DNA from: an uncultured Solibacteraceae bacterium
GTDB lineage: Bacteria > Acidobacteriota > Holophagae > Holophagales > Holophagaceae
Direction: 5' to 3'
Length of the DNA: 34,762 bases
Assembly (NCBI GenBank): GCA_964552855.1
Contig: CAZKIM010000003.1
Span: 4,281-39,042, forward strand
Shown here: positions 28,415 to 34,762 of the stretch, piece after piece
How the letters are laid out: every line of letters starts with the position of its first letter
How positions within the stretch are numbered: the stretch's first letter is position 1
The notes under the pieces: generated by a model
Told to the model about the DNA's origin: nothing
Databases searched by the model: none
Seen by the model: the letters and a program-made list of their open reading frames with translations, nothing else
Program-made: the position numbers and the translations under genes

Positions 28415-28577
28415 CGGGGGCCGTCCAGGCGAGGTAGTCGAGGGTCAGATCCCACAATGCCTCCAGGCGTTGTTGGATGGAAGTACCCTGCCAGGCTTCT
28501 CGATCCATGGCGCCATCGTCCCCGCGCATCGGGATCACGCGGGAGGTGCCTTGGCGGCGGCGATCCTGAGGGGTCAC
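28356..28577 (-). CDS. small hypothetical protein, possible cognate antitoxin-like partner of the nucleotidyltransferase
   Basis: 73-aa track ORF. GTG 28577 overlaps the thiG stop (GTGA), and alternative ATGs lie at 28529 and 28508. The helical core reads [25 protein letters not shown]. The last 59 nt overlap the NTase gene in another frame. Start and reality are uncertain. Confidence 0.45.
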   Translation of the reverse strand: MTPQDRRRQGTSRVIPMRGDDGAMDREAWQGTSIQQRLEALWDLTLDYLAWTAPDGPEPRLQRSVCVVERRGR

Positions 28578-29350
28578 TTCCCCACCAATCCTGCCATCGG
28601 GCTGCTCGCGCTGGCAGTGAGGCGCCTCGGCATCCGGCCCGCTTCAAACGCGAGACGGCCCGCGATCACAGCGTGTTTCATGGCTTCGGCCATGCGGGTG
28701 GGTTCAGACGCTTCGGCGACGGCGGTGTTGAGGAGGACGGCGTCCGCGCCCAGTTCCATGGCGATGGCGGCGTCGCTGGCGGTGCCCACGCCCGCGTCCA
28801 CGATCATCGGGATCTTGTAGGGCTGGAGTACTTCGCGGATGAGCAGGAGCGTGAGCGGGTTCTGCACGCCTTGCCCCGAGCCGATGGCGCTGCCCAGGGG
28901 CATGACGGCGGCGCAGCCCGCATCCGCCAGCTTCTTGGCGAGGATGGGGTCCGCGTTCACATAGGGCAGCACCTGGAAGCCCTCTTTGACGAGGATCTTC
29001 GCGGCTTCCAGCGTCTCTTCGTTGTCCGGGTAGAGGTGACCGGGATCACCGATGACCTCCAGCTTCACGAGGTCGGTCTGCAGCGCTTCGCGGGCGAGGC
29101 GCGAAACGCGCAGCGCGTCTTCGCGCGTGTAGCAGCCGGCGGTGTTGGGCAGGAGCGCGATGGATTTGGGAATCCAATTGAGGATGTTGTCCTCGCCTTT
29201 CGCGTCCAGATCGAAGCGCCGCACGGCGAGCGTCACCATGTCCACGCCCGCGGCCTCGTAGCAGGCCTTCATCGTCGCGAAGTCCCGGTACTTGCCGGTG
29301 CCGAGGATGAGGCGGCTTTCGAGGATCTTGCCCGCGACGGTGAAGGACAT
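28574..29350 (-). CDS. thiG: thiazole synthase ThiG
   Basis: 258-aa [69 protein letters not shown], and ASSP near the C-terminus. GGAG Shine-Dalgarno 6 nt upstream. Confidence 0.95.
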   Translation of the reverse strand: MSFTVAGKILESRLILGTGKYRDFATMKACYEAAGVDMVTLAVRRFDLDAKGEDNILNWIPKSIALLPNTAGCYTREDALRVSRLAREALQTDLVKLEVIGDPGHLYPDNEETLEAAKILVKEGFQVLPYVNADPILAKKLADAGCAAVMPLGSAIGSGQGVQNPLTLLLIREVLQPYKIPMIVDAGVGTASDAAIAMELGADAVLLNTAVAEASEPTRMAEAMKHAVIAGRLAFEAGRMPRRLTASASSPMAGLVGK

Positions 29351-29378
29351 GGCGCGCTCCAGGCTTCAAGTGTAGCGC

Positions 29379-29990
29379 TCAGGCCGCCAGGCCGGGCTTG
29401 GGTTCGCGGCGACGGCGCAGGCCGGTGACGCGCAGGATCACGCGTTCCAAGCGGCGCCAGAAGTCGAGGCGCTCCAGGACCGGATTCAGCGCGTTCGTCA
29501 GCGGGCAGTAGTGGCTCTTGCGGGGCCAGCGGTGGTGCAGGGCGTGCTGGGCGCGGGATTGGATGAGGCCCGAGTCCTGCATCCAGGTGATGAGGCGGCC
29601 GTTCTCGGCGGCGCTTTGGTGCGCCCAGCGATGGACGAGGTTCGTGAAGGCGGCGAGGACGATGGCGAGGACCAGCGGCCACGCCAGCGCGTGGAGGACT
29701 GCGAGCCCCGCAAGCGCGAGCGCGCCTGCGATCACGGGCACATCCACATTCTTCCACCAGGGCAGGCGCGTCATGGCGCGGGGGTCGCGGTGGTGGAGCA
29801 GGTTGGGCTCCGCCACGAGGGGGCCGATCACGGGCCAGTCGGGCTGGGCGTAGGCGTCCTCCCACCAATGGACGAGGCCCGTGAGGAAGTCGGCGAAGAG
29901 CCAGGCGCCGAGGGCTTCCAGCGCCATCCAGAAACCGTGGCGAAGGGTGTCGAAGAGGCTGGGTTTGACGAGGGTGAGCGCGACGCTCAT
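29379..29990 (-). CDS. CarF/PEDS1 (TMEM189)-family membrane fatty-acid desaturase (plasmanylethanolamine desaturase-like)
   Basis: 203-aa ORF. The His clusters align by eye to human PEDS1: FLTGLVHWWED (FFSGLVHWAAD), LLHHRDP, FTNLVHRWAH (FTNQIHKWSH), RAQHALHHRWPRKSHYCPLTNALNPVLERLDFWRRLERVI ([40 protein letters not shown]). Nine His sit in motif positions, with TM helices between them. Confidence 0.82.
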   Translation of the reverse strand: MSVALTLVKPSLFDTLRHGFWMALEALGAWLFADFLTGLVHWWEDAYAQPDWPVIGPLVAEPNLLHHRDPRAMTRLPWWKNVDVPVIAGALALAGLAVLHALAWPLVLAIVLAAFTNLVHRWAHQSAAENGRLITWMQDSGLIQSRAQHALHHRWPRKSHYCPLTNALNPVLERLDFWRRLERVILRVTGLRRRREPKPGLAA

Positions 29991-30006
29991 GGGTTCTCCG
30001 GGAATG

Positions 30007-30046
30007 CCATACGGAAGCGTATGGATGACAGTACGGTTCCGTATGG
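30007..30046. promoter_or_regulatory. twin operator-like sites in the carF/TetR divergent region
   Basis: CCATACG-gaag-CGTATGG (30007-30024) is a perfect 7-bp inverted repeat. GTACGG-tt-CCGTAT (30031-30044) is the second palindrome. Both contain TACGG-N3-CGTATGG as a direct repeat 24 bp apart. They lie between the carF ATG (29990) and the TetR GTG (30080). Confidence 0.55.
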
Positions 30047-30079
30047 TAGGCTGGGGGTGTTTTCCGTCAAGGCGCTACC

Positions 30080-30658
30080 GTGGGTCAGAAGCCGAAGCCG
30101 CCAGCTGTCGCCCTCTCGGCCCAGGACTGGGTCCGGGCGGCTTTGGGGCTCATCGCGCGGGAGGGCGTCGCCGCCATCGCGGTGGAGCCCCTGGCGCGGG
30201 AGCTGGGCGTCACGAAGGGCAGCTTCTATTGGCACTTCGAGAACCGCGACGCGCTCATCACGGCCGCGCTCCAGGCGTGGGAAGAGGACCAGGGTCGGGA
30301 TGTGGTGACGCGCTACGAAGGCATCGCGGATTCGCGGCAGCGCTTGCGCGTGATGATGTTCGCGGCCTTCGAGGATCAGGAGAACGGCCTGCTCTTCGCG
30401 GCGCTGTCCGCCAGCAGCGAAGATCCGCGCGTGAACCCGCACCTCATGCGCGCGTCCGAGCAGCGGCTCGCCTTCGGCATCCGTTCCTTACAGGCTCTTG
30501 GCATGACGGAGGATGAAGCGCGGCGCAAAGCGCTGCTCCTCTACGCCAGCTACGCGGGCTACTTCCAACTGCTCCGGGCCATGCCGGACGCGGTGCGGCG
30601 CGTGTCGGACCTCAGCGCTTTCGCGCGGGACCTCGTGGAGGCCGCGCTTCCCGGCTAG
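30080..30658 (+). CDS. TetR/AcrR-family transcriptional regulator
   Basis: 192-aa ORF with a GTG start. N-terminal HTH IAVEPLARELGVTKGSFYWHFENRDALI, followed by a helical ligand-binding domain. Confidence 0.88.
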   Translation: MGQKPKPPAVALSAQDWVRAALGLIAREGVAAIAVEPLARELGVTKGSFYWHFENRDALITAALQAWEEDQGRDVVTRYEGIADSRQRLRVMMFAAFEDQENGLLFAALSASSEDPRVNPHLMRASEQRLAFGIRSLQALGMTEDEARRKALLLYASYAGYFQLLRAMPDAVRRVSDLSAFARDLVEAALPG

Positions 30659-30726
30659 CGGTCCAGCTAGCGTCAGGCGCTCAACCGCCCCAAGCTGGAA
30701 CGGGTCCATCCTTCATCGGAAGCGCC

Positions 30727-32334
30727 ATGTTCAGCCGCCTCGGGAAATTCGAAATCGTCCGCTCGCTGGGGCAAGGTGCCATGGGTGAGGTGTTCCTCGC
30801 CCGCGATCCGGCCATCGGCCGCGAAGTGGCGGTGAAGACGATCCTGACCTCGACGACCGCGGGCGAAGGCGCCAAGGATCGCTTCGCGCGGGAGGCGAAG
30901 GCCGCCGGAACGCTCAACCACCCGGGCATCGTCACCATCCACGAATTCGGCGAGGACCAGGGCGTGCTGTACCTCGCCATGGAATTCGTCCAGGGCGAAG
31001 ACCTTCAGGACCTGCTGTCGGACCCGCGCATGCCCAAGGCGGAGCTGCTGGAGATCCTGGCCCAGGTGTCGGAGGCGCTGGCCTACGCCCATCGCAGGGG
31101 CGTGCTGCACCGGGATGTGAAGCCCTCCAATGTGCGCGTGAGCCGGGAGAGTGGAAAGCTCCAGGCGAAGCTCATGGATTTCGGCATCGCGCGCATCTCC
31201 GAATCCACGCTCACGAGCGCGGGGCTGCTCATGGGCACCGTCGCCTACATGGCGCCGGAGTATGTGAAGACCGGCAAGGCCGATCCGCGGGGCGACCTCT
31301 TCGCTGTCGGCGTGATGCTCTACGAAGGCCTGTCGGGTCAGCTGCCCTTCGCGGGCGACACGACGGCCACCGTGCTCTACCGCCTCGTGCATGAAGAGCC
31401 GAAGCCCCTGCCGCCCTCGGCGCTTCTCGGCGCGAGTCCCGCGTTGCGTGGCGTGCTGGAGCGCGCGTTGGCGAAGGAGCCCGAATTGCGGCACGCCGAT
31501 GGCGACGCCCTCGCCGCCGCGCTCCGCGCCGCGAAGGACCCGGCCTGGGTGGGCGAAGTCCGACCCAAGGTCGCTTCGGATCACGCGCCCACCGTGGCCA
31601 TGCGCCGCGCGAGCGCGGACACCGCATCGCCCTCGCGTAAGGGGCTCTGGGCCGCCGCCGCGTCGGTGGTTCTGCTGGCGGGAGGAGGCTACGCGTGGAA
31701 GCGGCACCGGAGTCCTGCGCCGGAACCCGCTCAGGTGGCGTCCGTGGCGACGGTGGCTCGAGCGCCGGAGCCGCAAGCGGCCCCCGTTCCCGTCGCCTCG
31801 TCGGTCACGCCCTCGGCTGCGAAGGCGGACGCAGAAGTGAAGCCGCCCGAGCCCGCGCCCACCAAGGTCGCGCCCGAGCCGAAGCCCGCGCCCGCGCAGG
31901 TTCCCCCGCCTCCACCCGCGCCAACACCCGCCGATCAGGAGGCCGATGAAGCGCCCTTGCCCACGGAGGCGCCGTCCGACCCGGTGAGCGCGCAACCCAA
32001 CGCCCAAGCCGCCGCCAAGGAGATCGAGCAGAATCCCGCGCAGGCGCACCAGGATCTTCAGCCGCTCATCCAGGCCCACCCGGAGAATCCCCATCTCCGC
32101 GCGCTCGATCTCGTGGCGTTGGCCGCAGCGGGCGATGGCCAGGGCTTCCTCTCCGCCTGGGACGCGGCCGTGGCCGCAGGCGTCAATCCGGCGTACTTCC
32201 GGCTCACGCCGCGCTTCAATACCATGCTGAAGGAACAGGGCCGCAACCCGACGCTTCCCATGGAAGCCCTGCAGCGCCTGCAACAGACCTACGCGCCCCG
32301 GAAGGCGAATCAGCGTTGGCGTCGCGGGCGCTGA
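30727..32334 (+). CDS. Hanks-type Ser/Thr protein kinase with one TM helix, Pro/Ala-rich linker and C-terminal extracytoplasmic helical domain
   Basis: 535-aa ORF. GQGAMGEVFLA, VAVK, HRDVKPSNV, DFGIAR, YMAPE. TM helix LWAAAASVVLLAGGGYAW, then a PEPAP-type low-complexity region and about 110 aa of helical C-terminus. Confidence 0.92.
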   Translation: MFSRLGKFEIVRSLGQGAMGEVFLARDPAIGREVAVKTILTSTTAGEGAKDRFAREAKAAGTLNHPGIVTIHEFGEDQGVLYLAMEFVQGEDLQDLLSDPRMPKAELLEILAQVSEALAYAHRRGVLHRDVKPSNVRVSRESGKLQAKLMDFGIARISESTLTSAGLLMGTVAYMAPEYVKTGKADPRGDLFAVGVMLYEGLSGQLPFAGDTTATVLYRLVHEEPKPLPPSALLGASPALRGVLERALAKEPELRHADGDALAAALRAAKDPAWVGEVRPKVASDHAPTVAMRRASADTASPSRKGLWAAAASVVLLAGGGYAWKRHRSPAPEPAQVASVATVARAPEPQAAPVPVASSVTPSAAKADAEVKPPEPAPTKVAPEPKPAPAQVPPPPPAPTPADQEADEAPLPTEAPSDPVSAQPNAQAAAKEIEQNPAQAHQDLQPLIQAHPENPHLRALDLVALAAAGDGQGFLSAWDAAVAAGVNPAYFRLTPRFNTMLKEQGRNPTLPMEALQRLQQTYAPRKANQRWRRGR

Positions 32335-32337
32335 GCC

Positions 32338-32778
32338 CTACTGCCCTTCGGGCCGTTCGGTGAAGTCCTGGACGGTCACCAGGCGCCAGTCCGAGCCGCG
32401 CTTCTTCCAGTGGAGGATGTAGACCTTCTGGGAGCCGTCGGGGAAGAGGCCGGATCCGTTCTGGGTGAGGGACACATGGACCTTCTCGAAGGCCTCCTCG
32501 CCGTTGAGGCCGATGTCCTGGCTGGCGAGGTGGACGCCGACCTTGCCCTGCTTGAGCACCTGCGCGAGGTAGAAGGCCGTTGCGGCCTTGTTCATGCCCT
32601 CAGGCCCTTGGAAGGTGTCATCCAGGATGGCCGTCGCGCCGCCCGCATCGCCCGCCTCCAGGGCCTGGGCCGCCTTTGACAAAGTGTCGCGGATCGCCTG
32701 ATCCGCCGACGCCTTCGGGCGGCAGGAGGGCGCCAGGAGCAGGGCGGGCAGGGCGAGCAGGGGCAACTTGCTTTTCAT
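32338..32778 (-). CDS. lipoprotein with NTF2-like (DUF4440/SnoaL-like) fold
   Basis: Track ORF 32338..32799 trimmed to ATG 32778 (146 aa). MKSKLPLLALPALLLAPSC lipobox. IRDTLSKAAQALEAGDAGG...ILDDTF is typical of NTF2-like openings. C-terminal YILHWKKRGSDWRLV. Confidence 0.65.
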   Translation of the reverse strand: MKSKLPLLALPALLLAPSCRPKASADQAIRDTLSKAAQALEAGDAGGATAILDDTFQGPEGMNKAATAFYLAQVLKQGKVGVHLASQDIGLNGEEAFEKVHVSLTQNGSGLFPDGSQKVYILHWKKRGSDWRLVTVQDFTERPEGQ

Positions 32779-32819
32779 CACGGGGACACCCTCCCACACT
32801 GGAGTTCCGGAGAACGATC

Positions 32820-33977
32820 ATGGCATCTGATTCCCAGCATTTCGACACCCTTTGCATCCACGCCGGTCAGCAGCCGGATCCGCTCTCCGGCGCCGTGATG
32901 ACGCCCGTCTACTTCACGAGCACCTACCTGCAGGAGGGCCTCGGCAAGCACAAGGGCTACGAATACGCCCGCACGCGCAACCCCACCCGCGACGCGGTGC
33001 AGGGCAACCTCGCCGCGCTGGAAGGCGGCAAGCAGGCCATCGCCTTCGCATCCGGCCTCGCGGCGACCCAAGCGATCCTCGAACTGCTCGACGGCGGCGA
33101 CCACCTGGTGCTCGGGAACAATGTCTACGGCGGCACCTTCCGGCTCGTGGACAAGGTGATGGCCCGCTTCGGGATCACCTACACGCAGGTGGACACCAGC
33201 GACCTCGCCGCGTTGAAGGCCGCCATCACGCCGAAGACGAAACTCGTGATGCTGGAGACGCCGACGAACCCGATGCTCGGCCTTTCGGACATCGCGGCGG
33301 TGCGCCGCGTCGTGAAGGAAGCCGCGCCGCACGCAATCCTCGCGGTGGACAACACCTTCGCGACACCCTTCAACCAACGCCCGCTGGAGCTGGGCGCGGA
33401 CCTCGTCTTCCACAGCACGACGAAGTACCTCAACGGCCACAGCGACTCCGTAGGCGGCGTCGTCATCACGAACGACGAGGCATTGGCCGCCAAGCTCGCC
33501 TTCATCCAGAACGCCGCGGGCGCGATCCTGTCGCCCATGGAGAGCTGGCTCATCCTGCGCGGCACCAAGACGCTGCACCTGCGCATGGAACGCCACAACG
33601 CGAGCGCGCTGAAGATCGCGCGGTGGCTGGAGGCGCGCAAAGACCTCAAGGCCGTCTACTATCCGGGCCTCGAATCCCATCCCCGGCACGCCCTCGCGCA
33701 GCGCCAGATGAAGGGCTTCAGCGGCATCGTCAGCTTTGACACCGGCGACGCCGAGAAGACCCGCCGCATGGCCGAGCGCTTCAAGGTCTTCGCCCTCGCC
33801 GAATCCCTCGGCGGCGTCGAAAGCCTCGTCTGCCATCCCGTCTCCATGACCCACGGCTCCGTCCCCGCCCCCGACCGCGCCAAGCTGGGCATCACCGACA
33901 GCCTCCTCCGCCTGAGCGTCGGCGTGGAAGCTGTGGGGGATCTCATCGCCGATCTGGAGCAGGCGCTGAAGGCTTAA
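32820..33977 (+). CDS. Cys/Met-metabolism PLP-dependent enzyme (cystathionine gamma-synthase / beta- or gamma-lyase family)
   Basis: Track ORF 32580..33977 trimmed to ATG 32820 (385 aa). FDTLCIHAGQ, YARTRNPTR, the PLP-lysine motif HSTTKYLNGHSD, and ESLGGVESL. Exact specificity cannot be told from sequence by eye. Confidence 0.9.
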   Translation: MASDSQHFDTLCIHAGQQPDPLSGAVMTPVYFTSTYLQEGLGKHKGYEYARTRNPTRDAVQGNLAALEGGKQAIAFASGLAATQAILELLDGGDHLVLGNNVYGGTFRLVDKVMARFGITYTQVDTSDLAALKAAITPKTKLVMLETPTNPMLGLSDIAAVRRVVKEAAPHAILAVDNTFATPFNQRPLELGADLVFHSTTKYLNGHSDSVGGVVITNDEALAAKLAFIQNAAGAILSPMESWLILRGTKTLHLRMERHNASALKIARWLEARKDLKAVYYPGLESHPRHALAQRQMKGFSGIVSFDTGDAEKTRRMAERFKVFALAESLGGVESLVCHPVSMTHGSVPAPDRAKLGITDSLLRLSVGVEAVGDLIADLEQALKA

Positions 33978-33992
33978 TCAATAATCAGGAGC

Positions 33993-34502
33993 ATGGTCAT
34001 GCTGGGACTTTTTGGGGTCGCGATTCTGATTCTTGGGATTGCGGCCATCTTCATGATTTTGCGGCGTTCACCCTTGCCGAAACCGAACGATCTGAAACCT
34101 GTGGCACAGGCCAAGCCTTCTCTCGCATATGCGGTGGTCTCTAAAGAGGAGTCGCAGGCGGTTCCCTATCCAATTGTTTATGTGAACGACGATGAGAGCG
34201 TGCGTGAACTTCATCCGGATGAGCGGGAGTATCTGGAAACACCGTTCCATCCTGCTGATGGTGGTCGTCCCTATATCAAGGGGTCGTTTGAAGCGGAAGA
34301 TGGATGGGGCAAGCGCGGCGGGTTCTGCCCTCGTTCGAAGATTCCGCACTCGATCAGCACTCAAGATGCGCCAGCGCAGAATCCAACGAAGCCTCTTACT
34401 AAAGAAGGGTTGATGGAGTTCCTTCGAGAGAAGGGCCTTGCGGTCACTGAGAATGCGGATGGGACTGTTTCTGCGATGAAGCAGCCAGGGGCAGGATCGT
34501 GA
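33993..34502 (+). CDS. membrane-anchored hypothetical protein encoded in a low-GC patch
   Basis: 169-aa ORF. AGGAG at 33987-33991 favours the second ATG (33999). TM helix LGLFGVAILILGIAAIFMIL, then a hydrophilic domain (PYPIVYVNDDESVRELHPDEREYLETPFHPADGGRPYIKG...). I recognise no family. G+C is about 50-55 % here versus about 68 % in the flanks (counted on sample lines). Confidence 0.6.
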   Translation: MVMLGLFGVAILILGIAAIFMILRRSPLPKPNDLKPVAQAKPSLAYAVVSKEESQAVPYPIVYVNDDESVRELHPDEREYLETPFHPADGGRPYIKGSFEAEDGWGKRGGFCPRSKIPHSISTQDAPAQNPTKPLTKEGLMEFLREKGLAVTENADGTVSAMKQPGAGS

Positions 34503-34535
34503 GTTTGGAGCAGGCACTGAAGGCCTAAGGTTCTT

Positions 34536-34603
34536 AACCGCAGATTTCGCCGATGACGCAGATTCGACTTTTTTAATCGGCGTCATCGGCGAAATCTGCG
34601 GTT
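34536..34603. repeat. 24-bp perfect inverted repeat (long hairpin) between convergent genes; terminator or REP/MITE-like element
   Basis: AACCGCAGATTTCGCCGATGACGC (34536-34559) pairs with GCGTCATCGGCGAAATCTGCGGTT (34580-34603). After one mismatch the stem extends by GATT/AATC, leaving a T-rich loop CGACTTTTTT. It contains CGCAGATT twice as a direct repeat. Confidence 0.6.
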
Positions 34604-34634
34604 CATGATTTTAAGAGTTCTCTGTGGTGAAACT

Positions 34635-34762
34635 TCACCCGAGTCCATGTTCCCTGAACAGCGCGGGATAGCTGCGTCGCTCGACGCGGTCACTTCCCAG
34701 GTGCAGGTGCTCGGCGGCGGCTTTGATGGCGTGGGCGTCGCCTTCGAGTTCGAGGAAGCAGC
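34635..34762 (-). CDS. 3' end of an unidentified gene (N-terminal part outside the window)
   Basis: My translation of the minus strand: ...CFLELEGDAHAIKAAAEHLHLGSDRVERRSYPALFREHGLG, then the stop (TGA at 34637..34635). High GC3 returns here. Too short to assign a family. Confidence 0.4.
   Translation of the reverse strand, partial: CFLELEGDAHAIKAAAEHLHLGSDRVERRSYPALFREHGLG

Noticed and set aside
34068-34586. 172-aa minus-strand ORF antisense to the low-GC gene and starting inside the inverted repeat.
   Set aside because: It is Arg/Leu/Ser-rich with no hydrophobic core pattern. The plus-strand ORF has a Shine-Dalgarno, a TM helix and balanced composition.

Overview
High-GC (about 68-70 % by eye) bacterial chromosomal window. 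The gene content, including two roughly 970-aa Oar-like TonB-dependent outer-membrane proteins with N-terminal carboxypeptidase-regulatory-like domains, looks like Acidobacteriota (Holophagae/Geothrix-like). That placement is an impression only and needs a database search. I support 37 CDS, one tRNA-Phe(GAA), three hairpin or palindrome elements between convergent genes, a paired operator in a TetR divergent region, and two tentative promoters.

Layout:
- 1-8236 (minus): one co-directional cell-shape block, grx-like, mreB, mreC, mreD, mrdA, rodA, ligA, YdeN-like hydrolase, with overlapping stop/start codons at four junctions.
- 8286-11137: lipoprotein, tRNA-Phe, TPR-like anchor protein, pyrimidine-nucleoside phosphorylase.
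- 11391-22109: two paralogous Oar-like TBDR genes, each next to an AlgZ/AlgR-type (LytTR) two-component system. They flank an anchor-less TonB-C-terminal-domain gene coupled to glutathione peroxidase.
- 22241-24925: YwiC-like, MarC, hexapeptide acyltransferase, small secreted two-repeat protein.
- 24932-27453: PafA/NPP-like phosphatase divergent from an RNase Sa/barnase-like lipoprotein plus barstar.
- 27516-30658: a tightly packed minus-strand string, CarF/PEDS1-family desaturase, orphan thiG, small ORF, minimal nucleotidyltransferase, NTF2-like protein, facing a divergent TetR gene with twin operators.
- 30727-33977: Ser/Thr kinase, NTF2-like lipoprotein, Cys/Met PLP enzyme.
- 33980-34620: a low-GC orphan gene followed by a 24-bp perfect inverted repeat.

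I saw no CRISPR array, transposase, integrase or rRNA. The most unusual items are the TetR-faced carF-thiG-NTase string (including a 59-nt out-of-frame gene overlap), the duplicated TBDR/LytTR modules with a shared leader motif, the RNase/barstar/phosphatase cluster and the low-GC orphan. None of these can be called a new system from sequence alone, and all family calls are from motif recognition by eye.
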